Of a DNA stretch of 24,000 bases, positions 15,000-23,990 are shown in pieces. The first letter of the stretch is position 1. Every line of letters starts with the position of its first letter. The stretch is from an uncultured Desulfosarcina sp. (GTDB lineage: Bacteria; Desulfobacterota; Desulfobacteria; Desulfobacterales; Desulfosarcinaceae), in the NCBI GenBank assembly GCA_963674945.2, contig CAXXWQ010000004.1:803806-827805 (forward strand), in the 5' to 3' direction. Made by a program: the position numbers and the translations under genes. A model generated the notes under the pieces. It saw nothing but the letters and a program-made list of their open reading frames with translations, did no database searches and was not told where the DNA came from.

Positions 15000-15053
15000 A
15001 TTCGGTAGCATTTCTCCGTATTAATAGATCGCTATAAGATTACAAAAAAGGGG

Positions 15054-16016
15054 GTGATTGATTTGAGTAACTCAACGAGAACCGATACGTTGGTAATGCA
15101 AGCGATACGAGTGATACAAAAAAACAAATCAGGATCGGCAAAAACCAGACACAACCATATCAAAGAAGCCAGAAGATTTGTTACGACGATTCGAGAGTTG
15201 GGTTACGGTGTGAAAAGATGGAAGAATGTCACCAACATTCACGTACAGAAGGCGGTCAACAGGTGGAAAGAAGAAGGCCTTCAGACGGCAACGATCAAGG
15301 AATATTTAGCCGGCGTAAGGACGGTTTGCAGAATGTATGGAAACGACAGAATCAATCCGAACAATGCAACATTTGGCATCGCAAATCGTGTGTTCGTGGA
15401 TAATCGAGATAAATCATTGCCCCAGGAAGTATTTGAAAAAGCGGTAACAGAGTTGAAGAAAAGCGATCACAGTGATGATAAAAGAGTGGCTGCCCAATTG
15501 CAATTAGAACGTTATCTTGGTTTGAGGGTGGAGGAGTCGTCAAAATTTAATGCGCATCAGGCATTGATGACAGGTGGAAGAGTGTTCATACAGCATGGAA
15601 CCAAAGGTGGAAGAGAGCGGATAATAAACGACCTCACGGAGAAAGGGAAAGAGGCGATTGAATATGCAAAAAATATATCCGGGATGAACAATCTGATACC
15701 AAATAACCACAGTGAAAAACAGTGGATTCAAAAATATTATCGGATAACAAGATCCAAGGGAATCTCAAAAAAAGAATGCGGCGCATCGAGTCACGGATGT
15801 CGACATGCTTATGCACAGGAACGTTACGAAGAGATCACGGGATTTAAAGCCCCATGTAAATTTGAATCAAAAACAGAATTTAGACAAAATGCGGCAACAA
15901 TAGCCGGAGAAAAATGGAGGAAACTAAACCAGGATGCAAGGCAGATAATAAAGGCCGAGTTGGGTCACGGCCCGGATCGTGACGATGTTGTAAGCCAATA
16001 TTTGGGAGCAACATAA
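15054..16016 (+). CDS. integrase-domain protein (tyrosine recombinase-like)
   Basis: 320 aa. Candidate catalytic residues appear in order: R in YLGLRVEES, K in HGTKGGRER, H-x-x-R-H in SSHGCRHAYA, and H plus Y in LGHGPDRDDVVSQYLG. The start is uncertain (GTG 15054, TTG 15063 or ATG 15096) and follows AAGGGGG. Confidence 0.8.
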   Translation: MIDLSNSTRTDTLVMQAIRVIQKNKSGSAKTRHNHIKEARRFVTTIRELGYGVKRWKNVTNIHVQKAVNRWKEEGLQTATIKEYLAGVRTVCRMYGNDRINPNNATFGIANRVFVDNRDKSLPQEVFEKAVTELKKSDHSDDKRVAAQLQLERYLGLRVEESSKFNAHQALMTGGRVFIQHGTKGGRERIINDLTEKGKEAIEYAKNISGMNNLIPNNHSEKQWIQKYYRITRSKGISKKECGASSHGCRHAYAQERYEEITGFKAPCKFESKTEFRQNAATIAGEKWRKLNQDARQIIKAELGHGPDRDDVVSQYLGAT

Positions 16017-16043
16017 ATTGCATCATCATAGCTTAAAGTTGAA

Positions 16044-16073
16044 AGCCCCAGCTTCTATAGCTGGGGCTTTTTT
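16044..16073 (+). terminator. rho-independent terminator
   Basis: AGCCCCAGC (16044-16052) and GCTGGGGCT (16059-16067) form the stem, followed by TTTTTT (16068-16073). Confidence 0.8.
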
Positions 16074-16240
16074 ATGCAGACTAGTCAGATTAAGAAAGAT
16101 GAATAAATAAAAATTACAATTGATTACAGCTATCGACTGGCATGTTGGAGAAATCATCCTGGGTCCAGTTCAGTTCAGGGTACCTCTCAGATTCGTGTGT
16201 AATTTGCCAGGTCCCTCTTCAAAATAATTTAGACGCCTTT

Positions 16241-16990
16241 TTATAACCATACAGCCCAGTCGCCGTAGTCAAATGTTCCGGCGCCATGATGCAATTTACC
16301 CTCAGCCTTCAGTTGCCGAAAAGCGTCACGCATTCGGCCCAGAATTTTAGACTGAATATTTAGTGTGTGATGTGCAGGAAACACGTATTTCACCGGTAGA
16401 GCCGATACCCGCTCTAGGGAATTAAGATACGCCTCTGGATCAGTGGATGGGAAGTAGGCAAACAGTGTGTCTTTATAAATCAAATCGCCGGTGAAAAGAT
16501 ACCCGCGCTCCTTTTCCCAAAAGCACATATGGCCGGGTGTATGGACTATTTGAACAAGGCGGTCTCCAATATCAATTGTTTCATTATCCTTCAGAACCTT
16601 TGTCGGATTCCCCTGAAAGAAAATATAGTTGTTTACGTCATAACCTTTCGGCAAGTCGCAACGGTCAACGACCATGCCTTTAATTTGCTCCATTGTCAGA
16701 GGAAATTCTCCGTTAAGCCAGTTCAGTTCAGCCCCATGAGCGTAAAAGTCCGGGAGAAATCCATGACCGCCAATATGATCCCAGTGAATGTGGGTAGCGA
16801 TGGCAGTAATCGGCTTGTCAGATAGCTTTTTGACTTCATCATAGATATTAGATATTCCAAGCCCGGTATCAATTAGCAAACTGCGTTCAGAGCCATTTAA
16901 GAGATAACAATGTGTTTCTTCCCAGTGGGAGTATTCACTTATGATATAAGTTCTCTTGTCGATTTGATCAATTGTAAACCAATTATTCAT
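16241..16990 (-). CDS. MBL-fold metallo-hydrolase
   Basis: 249 aa. It has the HIHWDHIGG (HxHxDH) motif, a downstream TPGH, and further conserved Asp/His positions. Confidence 0.85.
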   Translation of the reverse strand: MNNWFTIDQIDKRTYIISEYSHWEETHCYLLNGSERSLLIDTGLGISNIYDEVKKLSDKPITAIATHIHWDHIGGHGFLPDFYAHGAELNWLNGEFPLTMEQIKGMVVDRCDLPKGYDVNNYIFFQGNPTKVLKDNETIDIGDRLVQIVHTPGHMCFWEKERGYLFTGDLIYKDTLFAYFPSTDPEAYLNSLERVSALPVKYVFPAHHTLNIQSKILGRMRDAFRQLKAEGKLHHGAGTFDYGDWAVWL

Positions 16991-17473
16991 TTGATTTTAT
17001 TTTCAATGCTTTTTTCAATAAATTCTTGTCTGGCAATTTACAATTATCGTCCGCGCCGAACATTAATTCTATATAGTCAGCTTGTTTTCGTTCCTGAAAT
17101 CCAAGATTCAGCCTCATTCACGATAGTCAATAAAATTGAAAGATACAAGGAAATGGCATGAATACTATAAGATGTTTAGAGCTACAGGGATTCAGTAGCT
17201 AAGCTGTTGACCGCATCCGCATCGGTTGAGTTTACATATGGAACCAAAAAGCTCTGCAATTTATCGATAGTGCCCCCGGTGAATATGCTGAGAAAGGAAC
17301 ACACGTCTTAGATCCTTGGATGCAATAAAAGGGACAAGGGCTCACCATTGAGGACCTTGTCCAAGAGGTTGTGAAAAAATCCGTAAACAATTTATATTAT
17401 CGGCTGGATGCAGAAATCCCTTGACGACCTGCCTGATGTCATGGTTGACCATGACAATTAAAGGAGAAAAGGG

Positions 17474-17662
17474 GTGCTTATGGAGCAAGAATACAGAGAA
17501 ATCAAGCAACAACAGTTAAGAAACAGGAAAATTTTTGCCAAATTTGGCTTAGATCAAGAGATAGCCGACAAATGTTTTGACATAAGAAAGCTTGGGCTTG
17601 GCGATGAGTTGCACCGGATCTTAAAGGAAATGATGGCGGAAAAATCGACGTCTTTGTCTTGA
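17474..17662 (+). CDS. small hypothetical protein (62 aa)
   Basis: The ORF is preceded by AAAGGAGAAAAGG. No recognisable motif. Weakly supported. Confidence 0.3.
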   Translation: MLMEQEYREIKQQQLRNRKIFAKFGLDQEIADKCFDIRKLGLGDELHRILKEMMAEKSTSLS

Positions 17663-17942
17663 TCTTGGCATAATCGATAGGGACACACATCAACTATGAT
17701 GGATTGCCTGACTTTTCGAAATTGAATCAGAAAAATTGTCAGATTGTAATGATAGACAGGCCGTATCTGGAAAGATGGTTTTTGGGACTACGGTATTGTA
17801 ATCATCGGCGGCGGATAAGCTTCTGGCGCTTGGGATAGATCGCCTACCTGGAACTGCATTTACAACAGCCGGTACCGGCCATGGTGAGGTTAGCGGGTAG
17901 CGCGGGGGGGTAAACTGCCTATCAAACAGCATGGAGGGAGCG

Positions 17943-20378
17943 ATGAAATCGTTAAAGACCGCAATGCTATTTTTAACCACGCTTTCTATTGTGCTCTGCA
18001 GCCAGGCGGCTGCTGGGCAAAAGAGTAAAGGCGCCAACGCCATTCCCTATCCTAAAGGGGAATGGAAAGGGGTCCAGGGAAAGACCCTGGCGGACTCGAA
18101 ACCCGATTTTATCGGACAACCAAAGGCGCCCGACGGTGCTCCCAATGTCCTGGTCATCATGCTCGATGACGGCGGCTACTCGAGTGCAACATCCTATGGC
18201 GGCGTCATGAAGACGCCCACGTTCGACCGTCTGGGTGATGAAGGCATCCGATATACCCATATGTCCGTGGCTGCGGTATGTTCCCCCACCCGGGGCTCGC
18301 TGTTGACCGGCTACAATATTCACCAAATCGGCACCGGCATCATATCGGAGTTTGCCACCGGTTATCCGGGGTACAACTCTCAAATCGACTACACCACCCC
18401 ATCCATTGCCAAGATTTTAACTGACAACGGATATGCCACGGCAGCCTTCGGCAAATGGCACAACACCCCCATGGAAGAGGCCTCGCCTGCCGGTCCGTTC
18501 GAGAGCTGGCCCACCGGTATCTGGGGTTTCGAGTATTTCTGGGGATTTCTGGGCGGTGAAACAAACCAGTTTCATCCCTTGTTGTACGAAAACACCACGG
18601 CCATTGAAACCCCTAAAACCAATGCTGATGGATCGGAATTCCATCTTTCCCAGGGCATGGCCGACCAAGCCATAAAATGGCTGGACAACTGGAAAGGCCT
18701 GCGGGATGTTCCATTCTTTATGTACTATACACCGGGTGCCGTGCATGCTCCCATCCAGGTACCCAAAGAGTGGCGCGACAAGTACAAAGGACAGTTTGAT
18801 GACGGCTGGCATGCCTACCGGGCGAATCTGCTGGAACGCCAAAAAAAAATGGGGTTGGCGCCTGAAGACGCCCAAATCGTGGACTGGCCGGAAGTCCTGC
18901 CCAAATGGGATTCCTTCAGCAAGGAGGGGAAAGCGTATCTGGCACGGCAGATGGAGGTCAATGCCGCTTTTCTGGAACATGTGGATTATCACATCGGGCG
19001 TCTCATTGAACATCTTAAGGAAATGGGCGAGCTGGACAATACCCTGGTTATTTATATGACCGCTGACAACGGCTGTACCGCGGAAGGAACCCCCACCGGG
19101 ACATTTTCCGAGCTGTTGTTTCAGAACGGGTTCCCGCCGCTGACCATGGAGCAGCAACTGGAAAAACTCGAAGAGTTCGGAGGAATGGATGCCTGGGGCG
19201 GGCCGCACATGGCCAACCATTATTCCGTCGGATGGGCGTATGCCTCATCAACCCCGTTTCAGTGGACCAAGCAGATAGCGTCCCATTTCGGCGGAACCAT
19301 GGTCGCCACGGCCGTCCGGTATCCCAAAGCTATAAAGGCCAGAGGAGAATGGCGAAGACAATTTCAGAACGTTATTGATTTAGTTCCCACGATTCTGGAA
19401 GTTACCGGGGTTCCGGCGCCCGACTATGTAAATGGTCAGAAAAGAAAAGCCTATCCGGGCAAATCGCTTACCTATGCCTGGAACGATGCGGATGCCAAAA
19501 CCAATCATCCCACCCAGTATTTTGAAATGCTGGGCTTCATGGGTCTCTATCATGATGGGTGGACCATCTCCGGGAAACCCTACCGTATCCCCTGGTCAAC
19601 AGATCCCGCAGCCATGGCAAACTTCGATCCCCTGAACACCGAATGGGAGTTGTACAATATCAATGAAGATCCCATCCAGCAGGTGAATGTGGCGGACAAG
19701 TACCCGAAAAAAGTTAAAGAACTGGATAAACTGTTCTGGGAAGAGGCGGACAAGTATGATGTCTACCCTGTCGGCGGTTCCCTGGGCCGCCTGCTGCAGC
19801 CGGCATCCAATCCGCAACGGGCCGCCAAAAGACACTGGGAGCTGACACCCAATGTATACCGGGTTCCCGAACTGGCCGGACCCGAGATCAAATCCACCAA
19901 CTATGAGGTCAATGCCTATATAACGGCTGATGATACGACCCAGGGGGTGATTTATGCGGTTGGCGAACATATCGGCGGACAGGCGCTGTTTATCAAAGAC
20001 GGAAAGCTAAGATACAGCTACTCCACGCTCGGCCTTTACTGGCACGATTTTGACGGGAATGTGAAAATACCGCACGGTGATATTAAAATCACATTGAAGC
20101 ATACCATGAAAGAACCCCGGTTGAACGGCCCGTCCACCGTTGAATTCTTCATCAACGACGAAAAGGTAGGCGCAATGGACATTACCGCGACGGTTTATGC
20201 GGCCTTTACCGGTCACGAAACCTTTGATATCGGCCGTGATGAAGGCCTGCCGGTGAATGAGGAATATGCAGACAAAGGTAAATTCATATTTACACCGGGA
20301 CAGTTGCACAAGGTCGTGTTCGATATCAAGAATCCCGAAGAGAAAGTGGAAGCCTCCGAGTACAGCATTATTGACTAG
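17943..20378 (+). CDS. secreted Cys-type arylsulfatase (sulfatase family, long form)
   Basis: The sulfatase signature CSPTRGSLLTG has its Cys codon at 18279-18281, with N-terminal LDDGGY metal-binding and GKWH motifs. The signal peptide is MKSLKTAMLFLTTLSIVLCSQAAAG. The ATG at 17943 follows GGAGGGA, and the ORF is open from 17931. Confidence 0.9.
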   Translation: MKSLKTAMLFLTTLSIVLCSQAAAGQKSKGANAIPYPKGEWKGVQGKTLADSKPDFIGQPKAPDGAPNVLVIMLDDGGYSSATSYGGVMKTPTFDRLGDEGIRYTHMSVAAVCSPTRGSLLTGYNIHQIGTGIISEFATGYPGYNSQIDYTTPSIAKILTDNGYATAAFGKWHNTPMEEASPAGPFESWPTGIWGFEYFWGFLGGETNQFHPLLYENTTAIETPKTNADGSEFHLSQGMADQAIKWLDNWKGLRDVPFFMYYTPGAVHAPIQVPKEWRDKYKGQFDDGWHAYRANLLERQKKMGLAPEDAQIVDWPEVLPKWDSFSKEGKAYLARQMEVNAAFLEHVDYHIGRLIEHLKEMGELDNTLVIYMTADNGCTAEGTPTGTFSELLFQNGFPPLTMEQQLEKLEEFGGMDAWGGPHMANHYSVGWAYASSTPFQWTKQIASHFGGTMVATAVRYPKAIKARGEWRRQFQNVIDLVPTILEVTGVPAPDYVNGQKRKAYPGKSLTYAWNDADAKTNHPTQYFEMLGFMGLYHDGWTISGKPYRIPWSTDPAAMANFDPLNTEWELYNINEDPIQQVNVADKYPKKVKELDKLFWEEADKYDVYPVGGSLGRLLQPASNPQRAAKRHWELTPNVYRVPELAGPEIKSTNYEVNAYITADDTTQGVIYAVGEHIGGQALFIKDGKLRYSYSTLGLYWHDFDGNVKIPHGDIKITLKHTMKEPRLNGPSTVEFFINDEKVGAMDITATVYAAFTGHETFDIGRDEGLPVNEEYADKGKFIFTPGQLHKVVFDIKNPEEKVEASEYSIID

Positions 20379-20401
20379 GTTGATAATTCATCTAAAAAAA
20401 G

Positions 20402-20444
20402 CCGCAAGGGCTGTGGCCACGATCCGGTGGCCTCACCCTTGCGG
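20402..20444. other. GC-rich hairpin between the sulfatase and lipoprotein genes
   Basis: CCGCAAGGG (20402-20410) pairs with CCCTTGCGG (20436-20444), and an inner stem is formed by TGGCCAC/GTGGCC. An A-run precedes it, but no T-run follows on the plus strand. Confidence 0.4.
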
Positions 20445-20510
20445 GCCTCATCCCCGTTGCACTGGCCGGCGTATACCACCAGGCGGCGACGAATTCAAAG
20501 GAGACAGATT

Positions 20511-21320
20511 ATGAGAACGATGAATGTGGCCTTGCTGGCGATCTTCCTATCAGGGGCCTTGTTGTTGTCCTGCGCACGACAAGCCCCTGCACCACCCGCC
20601 ACCCCTGCGCAACCCGCGGTGCTTGGCGACGGCGCCGGTGCCAAGTACGATCGTGTTGAAAATGTGCACCAGGTGCGATTCATCGAAATCTTCCTTGTCG
20701 GCCGCGAGGCAAGCACGGGGAACGTAGTCGCGGCCGTCTACAACACCATGTACACCCCCCAGGGCATCCCGGCGTCGAGAGACACTGCTCCGCAAGCGCT
20801 GCTCGAGGGCCTCAACTTCGACCACATTAAGAAGGAATACGGCGTCCTCGGTGCGTCCTTGAACGGCCCGAAACTCTGCCTGCCCGGTTGGGTTGAAATC
20901 GATGTCGGGGTCGAAAGAGATTTCAACGGTCTTGCCGCCGTGTGGGTCGCCCAACTGAACATGGGCAACAACACCAGCGTCGGTGAAATCGCGCCCTACA
21001 AGCCCGTGACTATCGCCCGGCACAGTGGGTTGGGTTGGAACAAGGGCAGGACCGTGATTCTCCTTGACGATGCTGAAGGCAACACCTGGATCATGAAAGG
21101 ATTCGAGTTGGGCCTCAAACCGCAACATACTTACGATGAATTTCTTGCCGCCTTGCCAAGCGTTTACCAGAAGCTCCCGGAGGGCTGGAAGGTGCGGGTC
21201 AAGACGCTGGAGGAGGATCTGATCGAAAAGCCGGAAGGCGGAGTCGCCACCATCATGTCGGACGAGTTCTTCAATGTCTATGACAAGACCGGGTCAGGCA
21301 TGACCAACTACAAGCCCTAG
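20511..21320 (+). CDS. putative lipoprotein of unknown function
   Basis: The ATG at 20511 follows AAAGGAGA. The signal peptide ends in the lipobox-like LLLSC, followed by a Pro/Ala-rich linker (APAPPATPAQPA). The region is very GC-rich. The ORF-track start at 20427 is rejected. Confidence 0.65.
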   Translation: MRTMNVALLAIFLSGALLLSCARQAPAPPATPAQPAVLGDGAGAKYDRVENVHQVRFIEIFLVGREASTGNVVAAVYNTMYTPQGIPASRDTAPQALLEGLNFDHIKKEYGVLGASLNGPKLCLPGWVEIDVGVERDFNGLAAVWVAQLNMGNNTSVGEIAPYKPVTIARHSGLGWNKGRTVILLDDAEGNTWIMKGFELGLKPQHTYDEFLAALPSVYQKLPEGWKVRVKTLEEDLIEKPEGGVATIMSDEFFNVYDKTGSGMTNYKP

Positions 21321-21427
21321 TCATCCGACATTGGGTCGACCTGACCACTCAGTCGTGGGTTGGCGCTCATCTCCTCCGTGATAGCTCTATTTCCGGACGT
21401 GCGGTCGTCGGAGGTGCGATTGACTCC

Positions 21428-22503
21428 TTGGGGTCGGAAGTGGGCAAGGCATTGGCTGCGTCAACTAAAACGCCGCATAATATCAGTCTTACACTGCGCA
21501 ACTGGATGATCGGTTTCTACATTACCGAATATGAGCAGAACGGCGCCGACCGTGCTAATTATGGTGACCGATTACTTGGTCGACTTTCCGAGAGCTTGGC
21601 CTCCAAGGGAGTCAGTCGTATCGAAGAACGCGAATTGCGGCGCTATCGACAGTTTTATCAAACTTATCCGCAGATTCGGGAGACAGTGTCTCCCGAATTG
21701 TATCAACGCCTGCTCGGTCCGCTGGTGACGATTGATGAAAAAAAACGGGAGACAGTGACTCCCGAATTGTCTCTTCCGGGAAAGGATCTGATAGCAAGAT
21801 TGTCCTTTAGCCATTTTGCTGAACTGCTCAAATTCGAAGATCATATTCAACGGGCTTTCTATGAAATAGAGTGCATCCAAGGAAATTGGTCAGTGCGGGA
21901 ACTAAAACGCCAGGTTGGTAGCCTCTATTATGAACGTTCCGGGCTCTCTAAGAACAAAAAGAAGTTGTCTGAAATGGCGCGGCAATGCGCCCAGACGATC
22001 AATCCCATGGTGACGGTTCGTGATCCTTATGTCTTTGAGTTTTAGGGCTCAAATCAAAGGAAGTGATGAGCGAATCCCACCTGGAAGACCAGTTGTTGGA
22101 CAAGCTGCAAGAATTCCTGTTGGAACTTGGCCATGGTTTTTGCTTTGAGGCGCGTCAAAAACGCATATTGATCGGTGATGAGCACTTTTTTGTGGACTTG
22201 GTCTTTTACCATAGAATACTCAAGTGCCATGTGTTGGCCGAGCTAAAACTGGAAAAATTCAACCATCAAAACATCGGACAGCCTAACACCTATGTGAGCT
22301 GGTATCGTGACAACATGATGGCTGACGGCGATAATCCGCCTGTGGGCATCTTGCTCTGTACCGGCAAGAACCTGACACTTGTCGAATATGCTCTGGCCGG
22401 CATGGACAACCACTTGTTTGTATCAAAATACATGTTGGAACTGCCCAAGAAAGAGCAGATGCAACAATTCATTGAACAGCAGATCAAAAAATCAGGCGTT
22501 TGA
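21428..22503 (+). pseudogene. DUF1016/YhcG-family PD-(D/E)xK nuclease gene, frameshifted and probably 5'-truncated
   Basis: Two ORFs (21428..22045 and 22063..22503) together match one DUF1016 protein. The junction ..DPYVFEF / LGLKSKEVMSESHLE.. is restored by adding one T to the T4 run at 22040-22043. The nuclease core is FVDLVFYH...LAELKLEKF. The first ORF has only a TTG start and a short N-terminus. Confidence 0.8.
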
Positions 22504-22586
22504 CAGAATAGATATTTAATCATTGGCCAGCCGATATTGGAAAGATGCATCTACATCATATGATATGAAAAATAGTCATTTGACCG

Positions 22587-23036
22587 ATGGCTGGAAAGAT
22601 TAACGGACAAAGGAGAAAAAAGTATTTGGAATCTGAATTAACTTGGACAGTATATCTGGTTAAATGTTCCGACAATTCTCTGTATTGCGGAATCACAAAT
22701 GACTTAAAAAGACGTTTACGCGCCCATGATCTCGGGAAAGGCGCAAAATATACGAGATCAAGAAATCCTGTCGAACTAGTGGAAAAAAGCGCCAGGATGA
22801 CCAAAAGTGATGCCCTCAAGCTCGAAAATCACATTAAAAGTTTACCCGCAAAACTCAAACTTTCTGAGCTTAAACATTGGGAACTTTATAATGAAATAAA
22901 AAACCGGCAGACTGGCCAAAAAAAGATGAGAGACGCTCTCCCAATTGTTGAGACACTTCAAGATGTTTGCGACAGCCTAAAAACTCTTGCGACTTCGGTA
23001 GATAAAATTGCCAGGGGTCATAATTTTAACAGTTGA
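22587..23036 (+). CDS. GIY-YIG nuclease-family protein with a C-terminal extension
   Basis: WTVYLVKCSDNSLYCGITNDLKRRLRAH..GKGAKYTRSRNPVELV matches the GIY-YIG (UPF0213/YhbQ-like) domain. Confidence 0.75.
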   Translation: MAGKINGQRRKKYLESELTWTVYLVKCSDNSLYCGITNDLKRRLRAHDLGKGAKYTRSRNPVELVEKSARMTKSDALKLENHIKSLPAKLKLSELKHWELYNEIKNRQTGQKKMRDALPIVETLQDVCDSLKTLATSVDKIARGHNFNS

Positions 23037-23061
23037 TTTTGGTAGGAACTATAGTCGGTAG

Positions 23062-23271
23062 ATTGGATGGGAATTTAATCGGCGGTCGCAAACCGTCCGA
23101 TTATGCGGGAATCTGAAGGGACACCCCAAAAGGCCGATGGCATTGAAAATCCTCGTATATAACGGCCAAGGATTCTGGCTTTTTCAAAAACGGCTATCGA
23201 AGGGGCGGTTTACCTGGTGGCCCAAGCCATGGCACGATTCAATTCAAAGTACCACTAACATTCACGCTTAA
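23062..23271 (+). pseudogene. IS66-family accessory protein TnpB (orf2) fragment
   Basis: Hand translation gives ..FNRR...LKILVYNGQGFWLFQKRLSKGRFTWWP.., which resembles the conserved C-terminal half of IS66 Orf2. The N-terminal half is missing, and no IS66 transposase gene follows. Confidence 0.45.
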
Positions 23272-23824
23272 ATTGATAAGAGCAAATAGAGCAGCTTCTG
23301 TTTTTGTGGTCTATTCTGCACATAGCCTTTTCAATGAATCTATCTCGATTGATCGATCGCAGATTTTCATGTGGAATACAGAAAATAATGCTGAGTTGAA
23401 ACCAGTGGCCCCGAAAAGAGCACTATTGGCAATTAGTGCTCAGCCGACATCCTAAACATACATGCAGTTTTACCTGATTTGCGATATAATCGGGCACCCG
23501 TTAAAAGGCTCCTGTCAACAAAAAACACCCTACCATCGCAAAAAGGATACATTTTTTGCAGGGACAAATTCAATACAGCGTTCATCCTGTTTTTACCTGC
23601 ACCCGATATTTCTGAAAACTTACTGTGCAGACCTAATGAATCTGCTTACAGGCACCCATCAGGATCAAGGCCAAAGCAGACAATACCTTTGAAAAGCTGT
23701 TCCGTAGCATAGAAGCCATAACGCCTTGTAGCGGAATAACCGTATTCTCTTTTAGCTCCTGCTCCACCATCGGACCCCAGAAAAAAATCGGTGCCTTGTC
23801 AAAACCAATGGGTTGTTACAAGAT

Positions 23825-23990
23825 CTAAAGCTCCTCATGAAATGGGACCCGATCTCGCATAACGTAGTAGCAGAGATGCGGGCCAATTTGTTGCCCAGCG
23901 CTTTGATTGCCAGGCTTGAATTGGCCTGGTCAACTTTCCGGTTATCTTTCGGGACGCGTATCTAAGGGCCTTATGTTTCCCGGCGTATTA
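23825..23990 (-). pseudogene. possible IS110-family transposase C-terminal remnant (frameshifted, runs off the window)
   Basis: Minus-strand translation gives ..LAIKALGNKLARI in one frame and CYYVMRDRVPFHEEL* in the next. Joined, these resemble the A..A.KLARI.Y.V.RD..PF tail of IS110-type transposases. Multiple stops lie upstream. Confidence 0.3.

Noticed and set aside
16074-16240. Search for a tRNA gene or att core next to the integrase-domain gene
   Set aside because: No cloverleaf-compatible sequence or GGTTCGAATCC-like T-arm was found. There is only a short AGTTCAGTTCAG tandem, which is not enough to call anything.
17973-19220. Long minus-strand ORFs (136 aa and 267 aa) inside the sulfatase gene
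   Set aside because: The sulfatase frame has unmistakable family signatures. The GC-rich sequence suppresses stop codons on the opposite strand, which produces spurious ORFs.
20427-20510. Upstream extension of the lipoprotein ORF (track start at 20427)
   Set aside because: The extension uses a non-ATG start, is Arg/Pro-rich, and overlaps the 20402-20444 hairpin. The ATG at 20511 has a good AAAGGAGA RBS and begins a proper signal peptide.
20550-21128. 192-aa minus-strand ORF opposite the lipoprotein gene
   Set aside because: This is the same GC-driven antisense artefact. The plus-strand frame has an RBS, a signal peptide and a lipobox.
21673-21771. Two palindromic repeats considered as a mini-CRISPR, REP element or terminator
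   Set aside because: There are only two copies. They are in-frame inside a recognisable DUF1016 N-terminal domain and encode a peptide repeat typical of that family. They do not have spacer-repeat architecture.
23273-23712. Three small plus-strand ORFs (60-77 aa) in the right-end non-coding region
   Set aside because: They have no RBS, overlap one another in different frames, and have low-complexity composition. The region is better treated as non-coding DNA next to IS remnants.
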